A stretch of DNA of 64,000 bases. It comes from Nitrospirota bacterium (GTDB lineage Bacteria > Nitrospirota > UBA9217). Position 1 is the stretch's first letter. Every line of letters begins with the position of its first letter. Both the position numbers and the translations under genes were made by a program. Below, in pieces: positions 19,596 through 29,527 of this stretch. The notes under the pieces are model-generated. The model worked only from the letters and a program-made list of their open reading frames with translations. It searched no databases and was not told the origin of the DNA. The stretch is taken from positions 704,001-768,000 of the forward strand of contig CAVTRN010000002.1 in NCBI GenBank assembly GCA_963737155.1. Reading direction: 5' to 3'.

Positions 19596-19915
19596 AACGT
19601 TGGCTGTGGAATGCGGAATGCGTTATTAGGATCAAGAAGCTGTTGTGTTTGGCAGCTATCGTATTAATGAGCATGGTCTATTCTGTGCCGACTGCAATCA
19701 CTGCTGAAAAATGGACTGGTGTCGACGAATCAGTAGTTGAGAAATATGCAAAAGAGCACGGCAGGGAAGCTCGCACACCGTATATCAACACGGACCAGGG
19801 TGATCTTCTCCTCTTTGTTTTCCTGCTGGGAGGGACCATTGGGGGATTTGTTGCGGGATATTACTGGCGGATACTTATGTCCGAAAAAGTGGAAAAGCAC
19901 AAAAAAGAGGAATGA
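19592..19915 (+). CDS. cbiN: Cobalt transport protein, CbiN-like
   Basis: Two hydrophobic segments, WTGVDESV, GGFVAGYYW; lies between cbiM and cbiQ. Confidence 0.75.
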   Translation: MKRWLWNAECVIRIKKLLCLAAIVLMSMVYSVPTAITAEKWTGVDESVVEKYAKEHGREARTPYINTDQGDLLLFVFLLGGTIGGFVAGYYWRILMSEKVEKHKKEE

Positions 19916-19952
19916 CGGGACCATGCATCGATGCCTGTACAAGGAAAACTGA

Positions 19953-20705
19953 ATGCACGTATTTACAGAATATTTTAAGCACGAGCATATGCTCACAAAA
20001 ATAGATGCGAGGGTCAAGATCTTTGCAGCCCTGGCTGTTCTCATTATGGTTCTTACGTATAGGGGGTTCGTCTTCCCTTCGCTTGTCACGCTGTTATGCT
20101 TTTTCCTCTGCATAAGGATGCGGATACCGCTACGGGTTCTTGCCCTGAGATTTTCCGAGCCTCTGTTTATCGCAGCGGTTGTGCTCTTATTGAAATGCTT
20201 TTTTACCGGAAAGGCCGCGCTTTTTTTCATACACTTTATGGGTCTCAAGATTGTCGGCCACAGGGATGGACTGATAGAAGGGATGCTGATAGGCAGCAGA
20301 ATCATAGGCGCCGTGTCTGTGGTCGCGGTGCTGGGATTTGCTACTCCATTTACCGAGTTCATGGCGGGCCTTTCATGGTTCAGAGTACCGAAAGGATTCA
20401 TCGAAATCCTGATGTTTGCCTACCGGTATATCTTTGTGCTGTTCGAGGACGCACAGGTCATCTACCTTGCTCAGAAAAACCGCCTCGGCTATTCAACAGT
20501 CAAGGGGGGGTTGAGCTCCTTTGGAACACTGGCTGGCTCCCTGACGATAAAGGCCTTCGATCACAGCCAGAGCACCACCGTTGCCATGGTCCAGCGGGGA
20601 TATGATGGGACGATGCCCCTGTTCAAACACAAGGCGTTCAAGTCATCGGAAATGATCGCATCAGCGCTCGTTCTCCTGGTCATGGGCTTGCTATGGAAAC
20701 TATGA
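19953..20705 (+). CDS. cbiQ: Cobalt ECF transporter T component
   Basis: DARVK, YRYIFVL, AQKNRLG, AMVQRGY. Confidence 0.92.
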   Translation: MHVFTEYFKHEHMLTKIDARVKIFAALAVLIMVLTYRGFVFPSLVTLLCFFLCIRMRIPLRVLALRFSEPLFIAAVVLLLKCFFTGKAALFFIHFMGLKIVGHRDGLIEGMLIGSRIIGAVSVVAVLGFATPFTEFMAGLSWFRVPKGFIEILMFAYRYIFVLFEDAQVIYLAQKNRLGYSTVKGGLSSFGTLAGSLTIKAFDHSQSTTVAMVQRGYDGTMPLFKHKAFKSSEMIASALVLLVMGLLWKL

Positions 20706-21544
20706 TCCGGCTGGCGGTTGCCGTAGATGTCTTTGCATATGCCGACGGGACACAGGCTCTGCATGACATACGGCTTGAAGTGCGGAAGGGGGAGTTCGCC
20801 GGCATCCTGGGATCGAACGGCTCGGGAAAGACAACCCTTCTCAAGGTCATGGACGGTCTGGTGAAGGAGTACAAGGGCGAAGTCCTTCTTGACGGCAGGG
20901 ACGTCAGGAGGCTTACGCCGAAGGAGATCTATCTCAAGGTCGGCCTCGTCTTCCAGAACCCCGATGACCAGCTTTTTGCTCCGACCGTGTTTGAGGATGT
21001 CGCTTTCGGCCCGCTAAACATGGGTCTTACCCAGGAGGATGTCGCCCGCCGCGTAAACAGCGTTCTCAAAGCCGTGGAGATGGACGGCTTCGCGGGGAAG
21101 TCCATTCACAACCTGAGCTTCGGTCAGAAGAAACGGATCTGTATTGCCGGACTTCTTGCCATGGGACATGAAATACTGTTGCTTGACGAGCCGACGGCTG
21201 GCCTGGACCCCATGGGTGAATACAAAATGATGGCCCTTTTGACGAAGCTGAACCGCGAGCAGGGAGTGACCGTGGTGATGGCGACACACAGTGTTGATCT
21301 GGTCCCGCTGTTCCTCGACCGCCTGTATATCCTGAGCAAAGGCGGAATCGTGCGCAGCGGCCCTCCATCAGAGGTGTTCACGGCTCCCGAGGAAATGGCG
21401 CAAGTAAAACTTAGACTCCCGCATATCGCAGAATTGATTTATCGTCTCAAGCACGAGGACGGTGTAGCCTTCGATAAAATACCGCTGACTGTGGGCGAGG
21501 CGCGGCGGGAAATCCTCAAAACGATGAGAAACGATCATGCGTAG
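20693..21544 (+). CDS. cbiO: Cobalt ECF transporter ATPase
   Basis: GSNGSGKTT, FQNPDDQLF, LSFGQKKR, LDEPTAGLD. Confidence 0.93.
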   Translation: METMIRLAVAVDVFAYADGTQALHDIRLEVRKGEFAGILGSNGSGKTTLLKVMDGLVKEYKGEVLLDGRDVRRLTPKEIYLKVGLVFQNPDDQLFAPTVFEDVAFGPLNMGLTQEDVARRVNSVLKAVEMDGFAGKSIHNLSFGQKKRICIAGLLAMGHEILLLDEPTAGLDPMGEYKMMALLTKLNREQGVTVVMATHSVDLVPLFLDRLYILSKGGIVRSGPPSEVFTAPEEMAQVKLRLPHIAELIYRLKHEDGVAFDKIPLTVGEARREILKTMRNDHA

Positions 21545-22055
21545 GGGATACGTTCAGGTCTATACCGGAAACGGAAAAGGGAAGACCACGGCGGCCCTGG
21601 GGCTTGCGATCAGGGCCGCAGGCGCGGGTCTCAGAATATTTATCGGTCAGTTCGTTAAAAATAGGAAATGCAGCGAACATTATCTGCTTGACAGACTCAG
21701 CGACAGTATTACCATCCAGCAGTTCGGCAGGGGGCTCATCATGGGCCGACAGCCGTCTCCGGACGACAGGATGGCGGCGCACGACGGTTATGAAGCGGTT
21801 AAGGCCATCCTGCTCTCGGGCCGATACGACGTGGTGATCCTGGACGAGGCGAACGTAGCGGCCCATTACGGATTGATTACGGCGCAGGACCTGCTCGAAC
21901 TCATGGCGCTGAAACCGAAAAAGGTTGAACTCGTGATTACGGGACGGTATGCGGACGAGAGAGTCATGCAGGCAGCCGACCTCGTGACCGAGATGCACGC
22001 GGTTAAACACTACCGGCAACAGGGAGTGAGTGCTCGACGTGGAATCGAAAAATAA
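21537..22055 (+). CDS. cobO: Cob(I)yrinic acid a,c-diamide adenosyltransferase (CobO/BtuR)
   Basis: YTGNGKGKTTAALG, ILDE, ELVITGR, ADLVTEM. Confidence 0.95.
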   Translation: MRRGYVQVYTGNGKGKTTAALGLAIRAAGAGLRIFIGQFVKNRKCSEHYLLDRLSDSITIQQFGRGLIMGRQPSPDDRMAAHDGYEAVKAILLSGRYDVVILDEANVAAHYGLITAQDLLELMALKPKKVELVITGRYADERVMQAADLVTEMHAVKHYRQQGVSARRGIEK

Positions 22056-23241
22056 AAAACTCCGGTCCGGCTACACAACCGGAGCCTGCGCAGCGGCAGC
22101 GGCAAAGGCGGCGGCGATACTCGTAATGCGGGATGCCGCTTGCGGAATGCCGGATGAAGCGGCCGTTACGACCGTTGAAATTCCTTTTCCAGACGGAAGC
22201 AGGGTAGCGTTCAATATTCACTGTCTGGAGATCGGGATTGAAAATGCAAAACGCGTAGCCATGGCTTCCGTGATCAAGGATGCGGGGGATGATCCCGATG
22301 TAACAAATGGTGCAGAAATAAGGGCAACAGCTATAATTATGGAATGCTCAGGCCCTTGTGTAAACGCCGGGATGGACGGGATTCAAAATTGGGACAGGGG
22401 AAATGCTCGAATTACCGTCAGGGGCGGGACGGGAGTAGGAATCGTCACCAAACCCGGACTGGCCGTACCAGTTGGCGATGCGGCGATAAATCCGGTGCCG
22501 AAAAAAATGATTTATGATGCGGTGGCAGAGGCGATGACTATTTGCCAAACGAGAAGCCAGCCTTTAAATCCCCATCCCGCCATCCGCATTCCACATTTGG
22601 AAGTCACCATTTCCGTGCCAGCAGGAGAGGAACTCGCCAAGAAGACCCTTAACCGCCGGCTGGGCATCATAGGCGGAATCTCGATCCTCGGCACCACGGG
22701 TATCGTGCGCCCTGTATCCGCCGAGGCTTGGACGGCGACCATCACGGCGTCCATGGATGTCGCAAAAGCCGCCGGCCTTGGCACGGTGGTCATCTCCTCC
22801 GGGCGGACCTCGGAGAAAGCCCACATGAAGAAGTATCGTTTCCCCGACGAAGCCTACGCGATGATGGGTGACTACCTTGAATTTTCTCTGCTCGAAGCGA
22901 AGCGGCACAGTTTCCACGAGGTCCATCTCTGCGCCCAGTGGGCCAAGATGCTGAAGACGGCCATGGGCACGCCGCAGACCCATGTGCGTCACGGCGCCCT
23001 CGAAGCGGAAAGCGCGGCGGAGTTCCTCGTCAGGCTTGGGTTAGATATTCCCCGGGGAAAAGCGTTCAACACATCAAGGGAAATCTTTGATTATATTTAT
23101 TCCATAATCCCCGATCCACAATCCGCAATGGCAATGGTTTGTGCGGCCGCGAAAAGCTATGCCGAGGGTATTACGTCGGGGATCCCGGTCATTGCCCATC
23201 TCATATCCTATGAGGGAGACATTCTTGCAGAAAGCGATTAA
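22030..23241 (+). CDS. cbiD: Cobalt-precorrin-5B C1-methyltransferase
   Basis: LRSGYTTGACAAAAAKAA, KDAGDDPDVTNG, LGIIGGISILGTTG. Confidence 0.95.
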   Translation: MLDVESKNKKLRSGYTTGACAAAAAKAAAILVMRDAACGMPDEAAVTTVEIPFPDGSRVAFNIHCLEIGIENAKRVAMASVIKDAGDDPDVTNGAEIRATAIIMECSGPCVNAGMDGIQNWDRGNARITVRGGTGVGIVTKPGLAVPVGDAAINPVPKKMIYDAVAEAMTICQTRSQPLNPHPAIRIPHLEVTISVPAGEELAKKTLNRRLGIIGGISILGTTGIVRPVSAEAWTATITASMDVAKAAGLGTVVISSGRTSEKAHMKKYRFPDEAYAMMGDYLEFSLLEAKRHSFHEVHLCAQWAKMLKTAMGTPQTHVRHGALEAESAAEFLVRLGLDIPRGKAFNTSREIFDYIYSIIPDPQSAMAMVCAAAKSYAEGITSGIPVIAHLISYEGDILAESD

Positions 23242-24538
23242 ACTGTACGTCGTTGGGATTGGCTACCGCCCCCTCGGAAAGCGCGCGCAGGAGCTCGTGC
23301 GCGGAGCCAGTGTCATTCTCGCTTCATCCAGACTCTTCGAAGTCTTCCAGCGTTATCATGAATATGAAGAGGTCAAGGACCGCATCAAAGTCATTAACAA
23401 GGTGCCCGAGACGATTGCTTTCATACAGGGATGGTTTATACAAGCCGAACGCCATAAGACGAACTCCGCAATGCCGTCTGTTGTTCTTCTCGCGTCGGGA
23501 GATCCGCTCTTCTTCGGCATCGGCAGGCGGATGCGGGAGGAGTTCGGAAAGGAAGCCGTAGAGATCCTGCCGGACCTGTCGAGCGTTCAGGAGGCTTTCG
23601 CGCGAATCAACGAGCCTTGGGATGACGCTGTCCTCATCAGTCTTCATGGAGGGCCCGATATTGCGAAGCGGCGCGCGCTGCCTTATGAGGTCCATGACAT
23701 TCCGCGGCTGCTGGAACGAAGCGGCAAGATGGGGGTGCTCACAGACCGGGAAAACAACCCTGGAGTCATTGCAACTATCCTTCAATCCGCAAACGACAAT
23801 CGGCAATTAGAAATTGTGATGCATGTCTGCGAACGGCTCGGCTATCCTGATGAGAAGATCATAACGGGGACCCCTGCGGAAATTGCGGCGGCTTCCTTCT
23901 CCGACCCGAACGTGGTGATAATCATGAAAGACAGGGGTCGGGGGGCGGGGACGAAGGGGCAGGAAGCGAGCGTGAAATTTGGGATGCGGGAAGAGGACAT
24001 CCTGCACGAACGAGGCTTGATCACCAAGGATGAGGTGAGGGCGGCCACTCTTCACAAACTTTGCCTTCCACAGCGCGGCGTTTTCTGGGACGTCGGGGCT
24101 GGTTCCGGCTCGGTGTCGCTGGAAGCTGCACTGCTCTGTCCGGGGCTGCGGATCATTGCAGTTGAGAAAGAACAGGGAAGGATCGGCGCCATAACGGCCA
24201 ATATGCGGCGTTTCAACGCGGAAAATGTGGAGACTATCAATGGATCAGCGCCTGACGCGCTCACCGGGCTTCCTGCCCCGGACCGGGTTTTCATCGGAGG
24301 AAGCAGCGGGAGATTGGGCGATATTGTCGCGTGTGTGAGCGGGAAAATGTCATCAGGGATCATTGTCATCAACGCGGCATCCCTGGAAACGCTCCACGAT
24401 GCCCTGTCGGCCCTCGACAAGAACGGGTTTTCCGTCGAGGTCGCCGAGATATCCGTGTCGCGGGCGAAGGTCGTGGGAGGCAAGCGGCTTATGAGTGCGT
24501 TAAATCCGGTGTTTGTCCTGCGAGGCGAAAAAAACTGA
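23225..24538 (+). CDS. cbiET: Cobalt-precorrin-7 C5-methyltransferase / precorrin-6B C15-methyltransferase fusion
   Basis: LASGDPLFFGIG; ITKDEVR, WDVGAGSGSVS, PDRVFIGG; start uncertain (23210 ATG or 23225 TTG). Confidence 0.92.
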   Translation: MQKAIKLYVVGIGYRPLGKRAQELVRGASVILASSRLFEVFQRYHEYEEVKDRIKVINKVPETIAFIQGWFIQAERHKTNSAMPSVVLLASGDPLFFGIGRRMREEFGKEAVEILPDLSSVQEAFARINEPWDDAVLISLHGGPDIAKRRALPYEVHDIPRLLERSGKMGVLTDRENNPGVIATILQSANDNRQLEIVMHVCERLGYPDEKIITGTPAEIAAASFSDPNVVIIMKDRGRGAGTKGQEASVKFGMREEDILHERGLITKDEVRAATLHKLCLPQRGVFWDVGAGSGSVSLEAALLCPGLRIIAVEKEQGRIGAITANMRRFNAENVETINGSAPDALTGLPAPDRVFIGGSSGRLGDIVACVSGKMSSGIIVINAASLETLHDALSALDKNGFSVEVAEISVSRAKVVGGKRLMSALNPVFVLRGEKN

Positions 24539-24539
24539 T

Positions 24540-25307
24540 ATGGCGGGAAAACTCTATGTTATCGGTATCGGGCCGGGCGACCCCGAACTCATGACCGTCA
24601 AGGCCATAAGGGTCCTGAGGGAAGTGCCCTGTATCTTTGTTCCTAAAGGGCGGGAGGAGGGAAGCAGCGTTGCCCTTTCCATCATACAGAAAATGCTCCC
24701 TCTCGATGGGAAGGAAATCATCGAGGCCTATTTCCCAATGATGAAAACAATGGGGAATACCTCCGCTGAGGATATGCGAGAGCAGGCTCCATGCGGAATG
24801 CGGAGTACGGACGCGAACGAACTCAACGCCAAATGGAGTGAGACCGCGGAGGCAGTTCTGAACAGGCTGGAACGCGGCGGGGATGCTGCGTTCATCACCA
24901 TCGGCGATCCGGCAATCTACAGCACCTTCTTCTATCTGTACGATAGGTTGCTCGAGCGCAAACCATCGCTCGAGATCGAGATCGTCCCCGGCATATCATC
25001 CATCAATGCCGCCGCTGCGCGGGCGGGACTCTCCCTGGGTCTCGGTAATGATAAGATCGCGATTCTCCCGGCGAACTATCTGGACAGCCTGCAGGAAACT
25101 CTGGAGAAGTTTGACACCGTTGTGCTCATGAAGGTCAGCAAGGTCTTCGATACGGTCAGGGATACGCTGGCCAGGATGAACCTTGAGGATGCCGCGACCT
25201 ATGTCGCAAGGGCGGGCATGGAGAATGAGCGGATACGGAAGGACATCCGCCAGGTGCGGAAGGAAGATCTGAATTATTTTTCCCTCGTGATCGTGAGGAA
25301 ACGATGA
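24540..25307 (+). CDS. cbiL: Cobalt-precorrin-2 C20-methyltransferase
   Basis: GIGPGDPELMTVKA, FPM, ITIGDPAIYSTF, VLMK. Confidence 0.92.
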   Translation: MAGKLYVIGIGPGDPELMTVKAIRVLREVPCIFVPKGREEGSSVALSIIQKMLPLDGKEIIEAYFPMMKTMGNTSAEDMREQAPCGMRSTDANELNAKWSETAEAVLNRLERGGDAAFITIGDPAIYSTFFYLYDRLLERKPSLEIEIVPGISSINAAAARAGLSLGLGNDKIAILPANYLDSLQETLEKFDTVVLMKVSKVFDTVRDTLARMNLEDAATYVARAGMENERIRKDIRQVRKEDLNYFSLVIVRKR

Positions 25308-26062
25308 AAACAAAGGTTTGTTTTGTGGGCGCGGGTCCCGGCGATCCCGAGCTCATTACCGTGAAGGGCCGAAAGGCCCTCGATAGCGCTGATGTTGTGA
25401 TCTATGCCGGAAGTCTCGTGAACCCCGTACTCCTTGAGGGGATCAATGCCCACATCATCGATTCGGCGAAGATGAATCTCGACGAGATCGTCGCAGTGAT
25501 GAAGAACGCGGTATCTGATAGTCGGTCAGTGGTGAGGCTCCATACAGGGGACACGTCTTTCTACAGCGCCATTTCGGAACAGATCGAGCGGCTTCGTAAA
25601 CTGAACATCCCTTACACGATCATACCCGGAGTATCATCGGCCATGGCGGGTGCCGCGATCCTCGGCCAGGAACTGACTATTCCCGAGATAAGCCAGACCG
25701 TTATCTTCACGAGGCTGGAAGGCAGAACCCCGGTGCCAGCGACCGAGCGGTTGGGCTCTCTTGCTTCCCACCGCGCGACCATGGCGATTTTTTTGAGCGT
25801 GGGCATGATTGAGAAGGTGCGGGACGAACTGCTCCAGGGCTATCCTGGAGACACCCCCGTTGTGATCATTGAGAAGGCTACATGGCCCGACCAGAAGGTC
25901 ATCCGGGGCGCGTTGCAGGATCTAGCTGGTCTGGTAAAGGACGCAGGCATCAGGAAGACGGCGTTGATCTATGTCGGCGAGTCGCTCCGGGCGTCCGAAA
26001 TGTCATTGGGAAAAGAGTCGAAACTCTATCACAAGGACTTCAAGCATGAGTACCGGAAATAG
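25304..26062 (+). CDS. cbiF: Cobalt-precorrin-4 C11-methyltransferase
   Basis: GAGPGDPELITVKG, YAGSLV, RLHTGD, ELTIPEISQTVI. Confidence 0.94.
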   Translation: MKTKVCFVGAGPGDPELITVKGRKALDSADVVIYAGSLVNPVLLEGINAHIIDSAKMNLDEIVAVMKNAVSDSRSVVRLHTGDTSFYSAISEQIERLRKLNIPYTIIPGVSSAMAGAAILGQELTIPEISQTVIFTRLEGRTPVPATERLGSLASHRATMAIFLSVGMIEKVRDELLQGYPGDTPVVIIEKATWPDQKVIRGALQDLAGLVKDAGIRKTALIYVGESLRASEMSLGKESKLYHKDFKHEYRK

Positions 26063-26086
26063 ATATCTTGCGGATTGCGGAGTACA

Positions 26087-27940
26087 ATGAATAAAACAGC
26101 GGTGCTGTATATAACCAACCATGGCCAAAGACTGGCGCAGCGGTTGAAGGAATGCGCGTTGGTTACGGAGATTGTCAAATTTTCCCCGTGCGTTGTGACG
26201 GACCTGTGGAGCAAGTACGAAGCCCTTGTCTTCATCATGGCTACAGGGATTGTTGTCAGGACCATTGCTCCCTTGCTGAAGGATAAGAAGACGGATCCCG
26301 CGGTCATCGTCCTTGATGACGCAGGCAGGTTCGTCGTGAGCCTGGCTGGCGGACACCTGGGCGGTGCGAATGATCTGACACGGGAGATCGCGCAATTCCT
26401 GGGAGGAGAGGCGGTCATTACCACGGCTTCGGATGTGAACAGTCTCCCTTCCATCGATTTGTGGGCCAGAGATCATGGCCTTGCTGTGGAGGATTGGGGG
26501 CTGCTTCCGCAAATCGGCACCCGGTTCGTTAATAACGGCGCATTACGGGTCTATGAAGATCGGGGGACAGGAAGCAAGGAACCGGTGGCGGGGATACATT
26601 TGCCCGCCGAGTTCTTGCAGGTGGCGGATCCACGGTTTGCCGATATCATCATTACTAATCGGAAGACGGTGTTCTCCGGATCCCCCTGCGATCAAGGCTC
26701 CGAGGCTTGCTCACCAGATGCCTGCCGGGTAACGGGCCAGCTATATCTCAGGCCCGGAAATCTCGTTGTTGGTATCGGCTGCAACAGCGGCACGTCCCGG
26801 GACGAGATAGAGAATGCGGTACTCTTGACGCTCGAAGAGCACAACCTGGCATTTCCGTCCGTTCATTCCATCGCCACTATTGATATTAAACGCGACGAAC
26901 CGGGCCTGCAGGCTTTTATTCAAAAATATAATTTCCCCCTGCACACTTTTAATTCCTGCGAACTGAACCGAGTGGAAGGGATTCAGAAATCGGACACTGT
27001 CATGAGGTCCACGGGTGCTTTCGGCGTTGCTGAACCGTCAGCGCTCCTTGCCGCGGGAGCGAACAGGCTGCTTGTGCCGAAGCAAAAGAAAGGAAATGTG
27101 ACCGTGGCGATAGCTGAAGCCAAGAATCTACAGAGTTCAGCGTTTGGGGTTCAGAGTGAAAAAGAAGTTGAGGCAGAGCCGGGGGCAGGCAAGATATTCA
27201 TCGTTGGCACAGGACCGGGAAGCATTGAGCATATCACCCCTGCCGCGCGTGAGGCCATCAGGAAATCCGATATCATCGTAGGCTATGGCACCTACCTCCA
27301 TTTAATCACGGAACTCCTGCATGGCAAGGAGGTCTTATCCACAGGGATGACACAGGAGGTGGACAGGTGCCGCAAGGCAATGGAATTGGCATGCAGCAAC
27401 AGGACCGTGTCGGTGATCAGCGGGGGTGACCCCGGAGTCTATGCCATGGCAGGGTTAGTGTTTGAACTTCTGCGTTCGGAAGAGGGGAAGGGCAGGAGAC
27501 TACCCGCCGTTGAGGTAATTCCCGGCATATCGGCCCTGAACGCCAGTGCATCGCGGCTCGGCGCTCCATTGATGCACGACTTTGCGTGCATAAGCTTGTC
27601 GGACAGACTGACCCCGTGGGAAGTGATCGAAAATCGGATTGAAGCTGCTGCAGCGGCTGACTTCGTTATCGTCCTGTACAACCCCCGGAGTACAGGCAGA
27701 CCCGACCATATCAATAGGGCGAGGGAAATCATCCTGAAGCACCGCCAACCAACGACGGTTGTGGGCATTGTCAAGGGCGCAATGCGGGAACACGAGTCTG
27801 TCATTGTGACGGACCTGGAAAAAATGCGGGACGGCGATGTCGACATGCAGACCACGGTGATTATTGGCAACTCAAAAACATTTGTATGGAATAATCTGAT
27901 GGTAACGCCGAGAGGATATGAAAAAAAGTTCTCAATCTGA
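26087..27940 (+). CDS. cbiG-cbiH: CbiG-CbiH fusion (cobalt-precorrin-5A hydrolase / precorrin-3B C17-methyltransferase)
   Basis: KKTDPAV, GHLGGAN, GIGC, GVAEPSA; then SGGDPGVYAMA, GAPLMHDF, SLSDRLTPW, TPRGY. Confidence 0.93.
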   Translation: MNKTAVLYITNHGQRLAQRLKECALVTEIVKFSPCVVTDLWSKYEALVFIMATGIVVRTIAPLLKDKKTDPAVIVLDDAGRFVVSLAGGHLGGANDLTREIAQFLGGEAVITTASDVNSLPSIDLWARDHGLAVEDWGLLPQIGTRFVNNGALRVYEDRGTGSKEPVAGIHLPAEFLQVADPRFADIIITNRKTVFSGSPCDQGSEACSPDACRVTGQLYLRPGNLVVGIGCNSGTSRDEIENAVLLTLEEHNLAFPSVHSIATIDIKRDEPGLQAFIQKYNFPLHTFNSCELNRVEGIQKSDTVMRSTGAFGVAEPSALLAAGANRLLVPKQKKGNVTVAIAEAKNLQSSAFGVQSEKEVEAEPGAGKIFIVGTGPGSIEHITPAAREAIRKSDIIVGYGTYLHLITELLHGKEVLSTGMTQEVDRCRKAMELACSNRTVSVISGGDPGVYAMAGLVFELLRSEEGKGRRLPAVEVIPGISALNASASRLGAPLMHDFACISLSDRLTPWEVIENRIEAAAAADFVIVLYNPRSTGRPDHINRAREIILKHRQPTTVVGIVKGAMREHESVIVTDLEKMRDGDVDMQTTVIIGNSKTFVWNNLMVTPRGYEKKFSI

Positions 27941-29201
27941 AATCAGGGACCAGAAGGACGGTTCAATTCCCAAGGCCGCCATGTTGTGGGACGAATCATT
28001 TCTGTGGGGCGTGATGGCGCATAAGGCCCTCACGGGAAGCGGGCTTTCCTTTGACCTTATCCGTGCCGAGGATGTGAGGAATGGCGGGTTGAGAGAGCAT
28101 GCCATGCTGTTCGTTCCCGGCGGTTGGGCATCAAATAAATTGAAGGCACTTGGTGACGACGGCATTAAAGAAATAAAACGGTTCGTGAATGCTGGCGGTT
28201 TGTATCTCGGGTTTTGCGGTGGTGCCGGGCTTGCTACGATGGATGGTATCGGTATCGTGCCCGTTAAACGACGACCAACGAAGGAGCGGGTGCCAAGCTT
28301 CAGCGGTAAAATCAAACTTGCAGTGTCCTCTCATCCTGCATGGCTGGGCATTTCGGAACCCGTGTTCCATGCTTGGTGGCCATCTCAATTCGTGATCGAC
28401 GGACCGGTGAACGTGCTCGCTACCTATGCTGAAGCGCTGCCTGACTCCTTCAGCTCCGACATGAACGTAGGGGATGTGGCTGCCGCCGGTAGCTGGTCCG
28501 AGCTAGAGCACCTTTACCAGATTAATCTGAACCCCAAACGCCTGCTCGGCGAGCCTGCCGTCATCGAGGGCCGGTTCGGAGACGGGAAAGTGCTTCTATC
28601 TCTCGTTCATTTTGATACGCCAGAAGACAGCAACGGGACGAAGGCGCTCGGGAATATCTGGCGTTACCTGGACTGCAATCAGCAATCGGCTGATGCGGCT
28701 ACGTCCGAAATACCGGACTGGCAGGATCGGGGACCATCATCTTATCAAATAGTATCAGAACTCGAGGCAGCGATTGGAGGGCTTATAGACCTCGGGTTAC
28801 GGAACTTTCTCTGGTTTTGGCGCAATCCCATGCTCCTGCAGTGGCGGCGCGGAGTGCGGGGTCTTGAATATTGTACGCTGTATGTCATGGTGCGAGAGAT
28901 CGCGGAATTTCTTGGTGCGCAGGATGGGAATCAGGAAATACCTGGTCTGGAAAAAAGTCTGGTGAGGATCAGGGAACTGCTCTTGCGTTTTGTTGAAAAG
29001 GCGAACCGTCTTCTGGTCCGTGAACGGCTTGTCATGCAATATTCCCATATAACCTATGAACGGTGCGATGACTTGGAAATCCAGACGATCAGAGAAGAAT
29101 TATTCGCACGCTCCAAAAGCCATGGCGGGCTCTTCAAAGAGCTCATCGATGAGATTGACAGGCTGTTGTATCATGCTCTGACGCTGCGGAGGAAAGGCTA
29201 A
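27918..29201 (+). CDS. BPL-N / class I glutamine-amidotransferase-like protein of unknown function
   Basis: LFVPGG and GGLYLGFCGGAG nucleophile-elbow motif; overlaps the cbiH stop. Confidence 0.7.
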   Translation: MKKSSQSEIRDQKDGSIPKAAMLWDESFLWGVMAHKALTGSGLSFDLIRAEDVRNGGLREHAMLFVPGGWASNKLKALGDDGIKEIKRFVNAGGLYLGFCGGAGLATMDGIGIVPVKRRPTKERVPSFSGKIKLAVSSHPAWLGISEPVFHAWWPSQFVIDGPVNVLATYAEALPDSFSSDMNVGDVAAAGSWSELEHLYQINLNPKRLLGEPAVIEGRFGDGKVLLSLVHFDTPEDSNGTKALGNIWRYLDCNQQSADAATSEIPDWQDRGPSSYQIVSELEAAIGGLIDLGLRNFLWFWRNPMLLQWRRGVRGLEYCTLYVMVREIAEFLGAQDGNQEIPGLEKSLVRIRELLLRFVEKANRLLVRERLVMQYSHITYERCDDLEIQTIREELFARSKSHGGLFKELIDEIDRLLYHALTLRRKG

Positions 29202-29527
29202 GCCCCCCGGGCTTGTTGTAAATCGAGCCTCCATCATGAACTGGATTATAAAAATTGCCGAAAAGAACCACGATAAAATTTTCTGCGTTTCATATTGTGC
29301 TTCACCTAAAGAGAGGTTCACTGGGCGTCTCACTCAGCATGAGTGTCACAAAGAGCTTCATACTTCCGCGTGTTTCACGATGGCATCGTGAAACACTGCG
29401 ATCAATTTACTTGGTCCGCCATGTGAGATTGTCGTTTGCGCTGGTTCACAGGGATTTCAAAATAGATGCATGCTCTTTATCCGATTGCGCGAACAAAAAG
29501 GGCAAATGGTCGTTTATTATCCCATCG

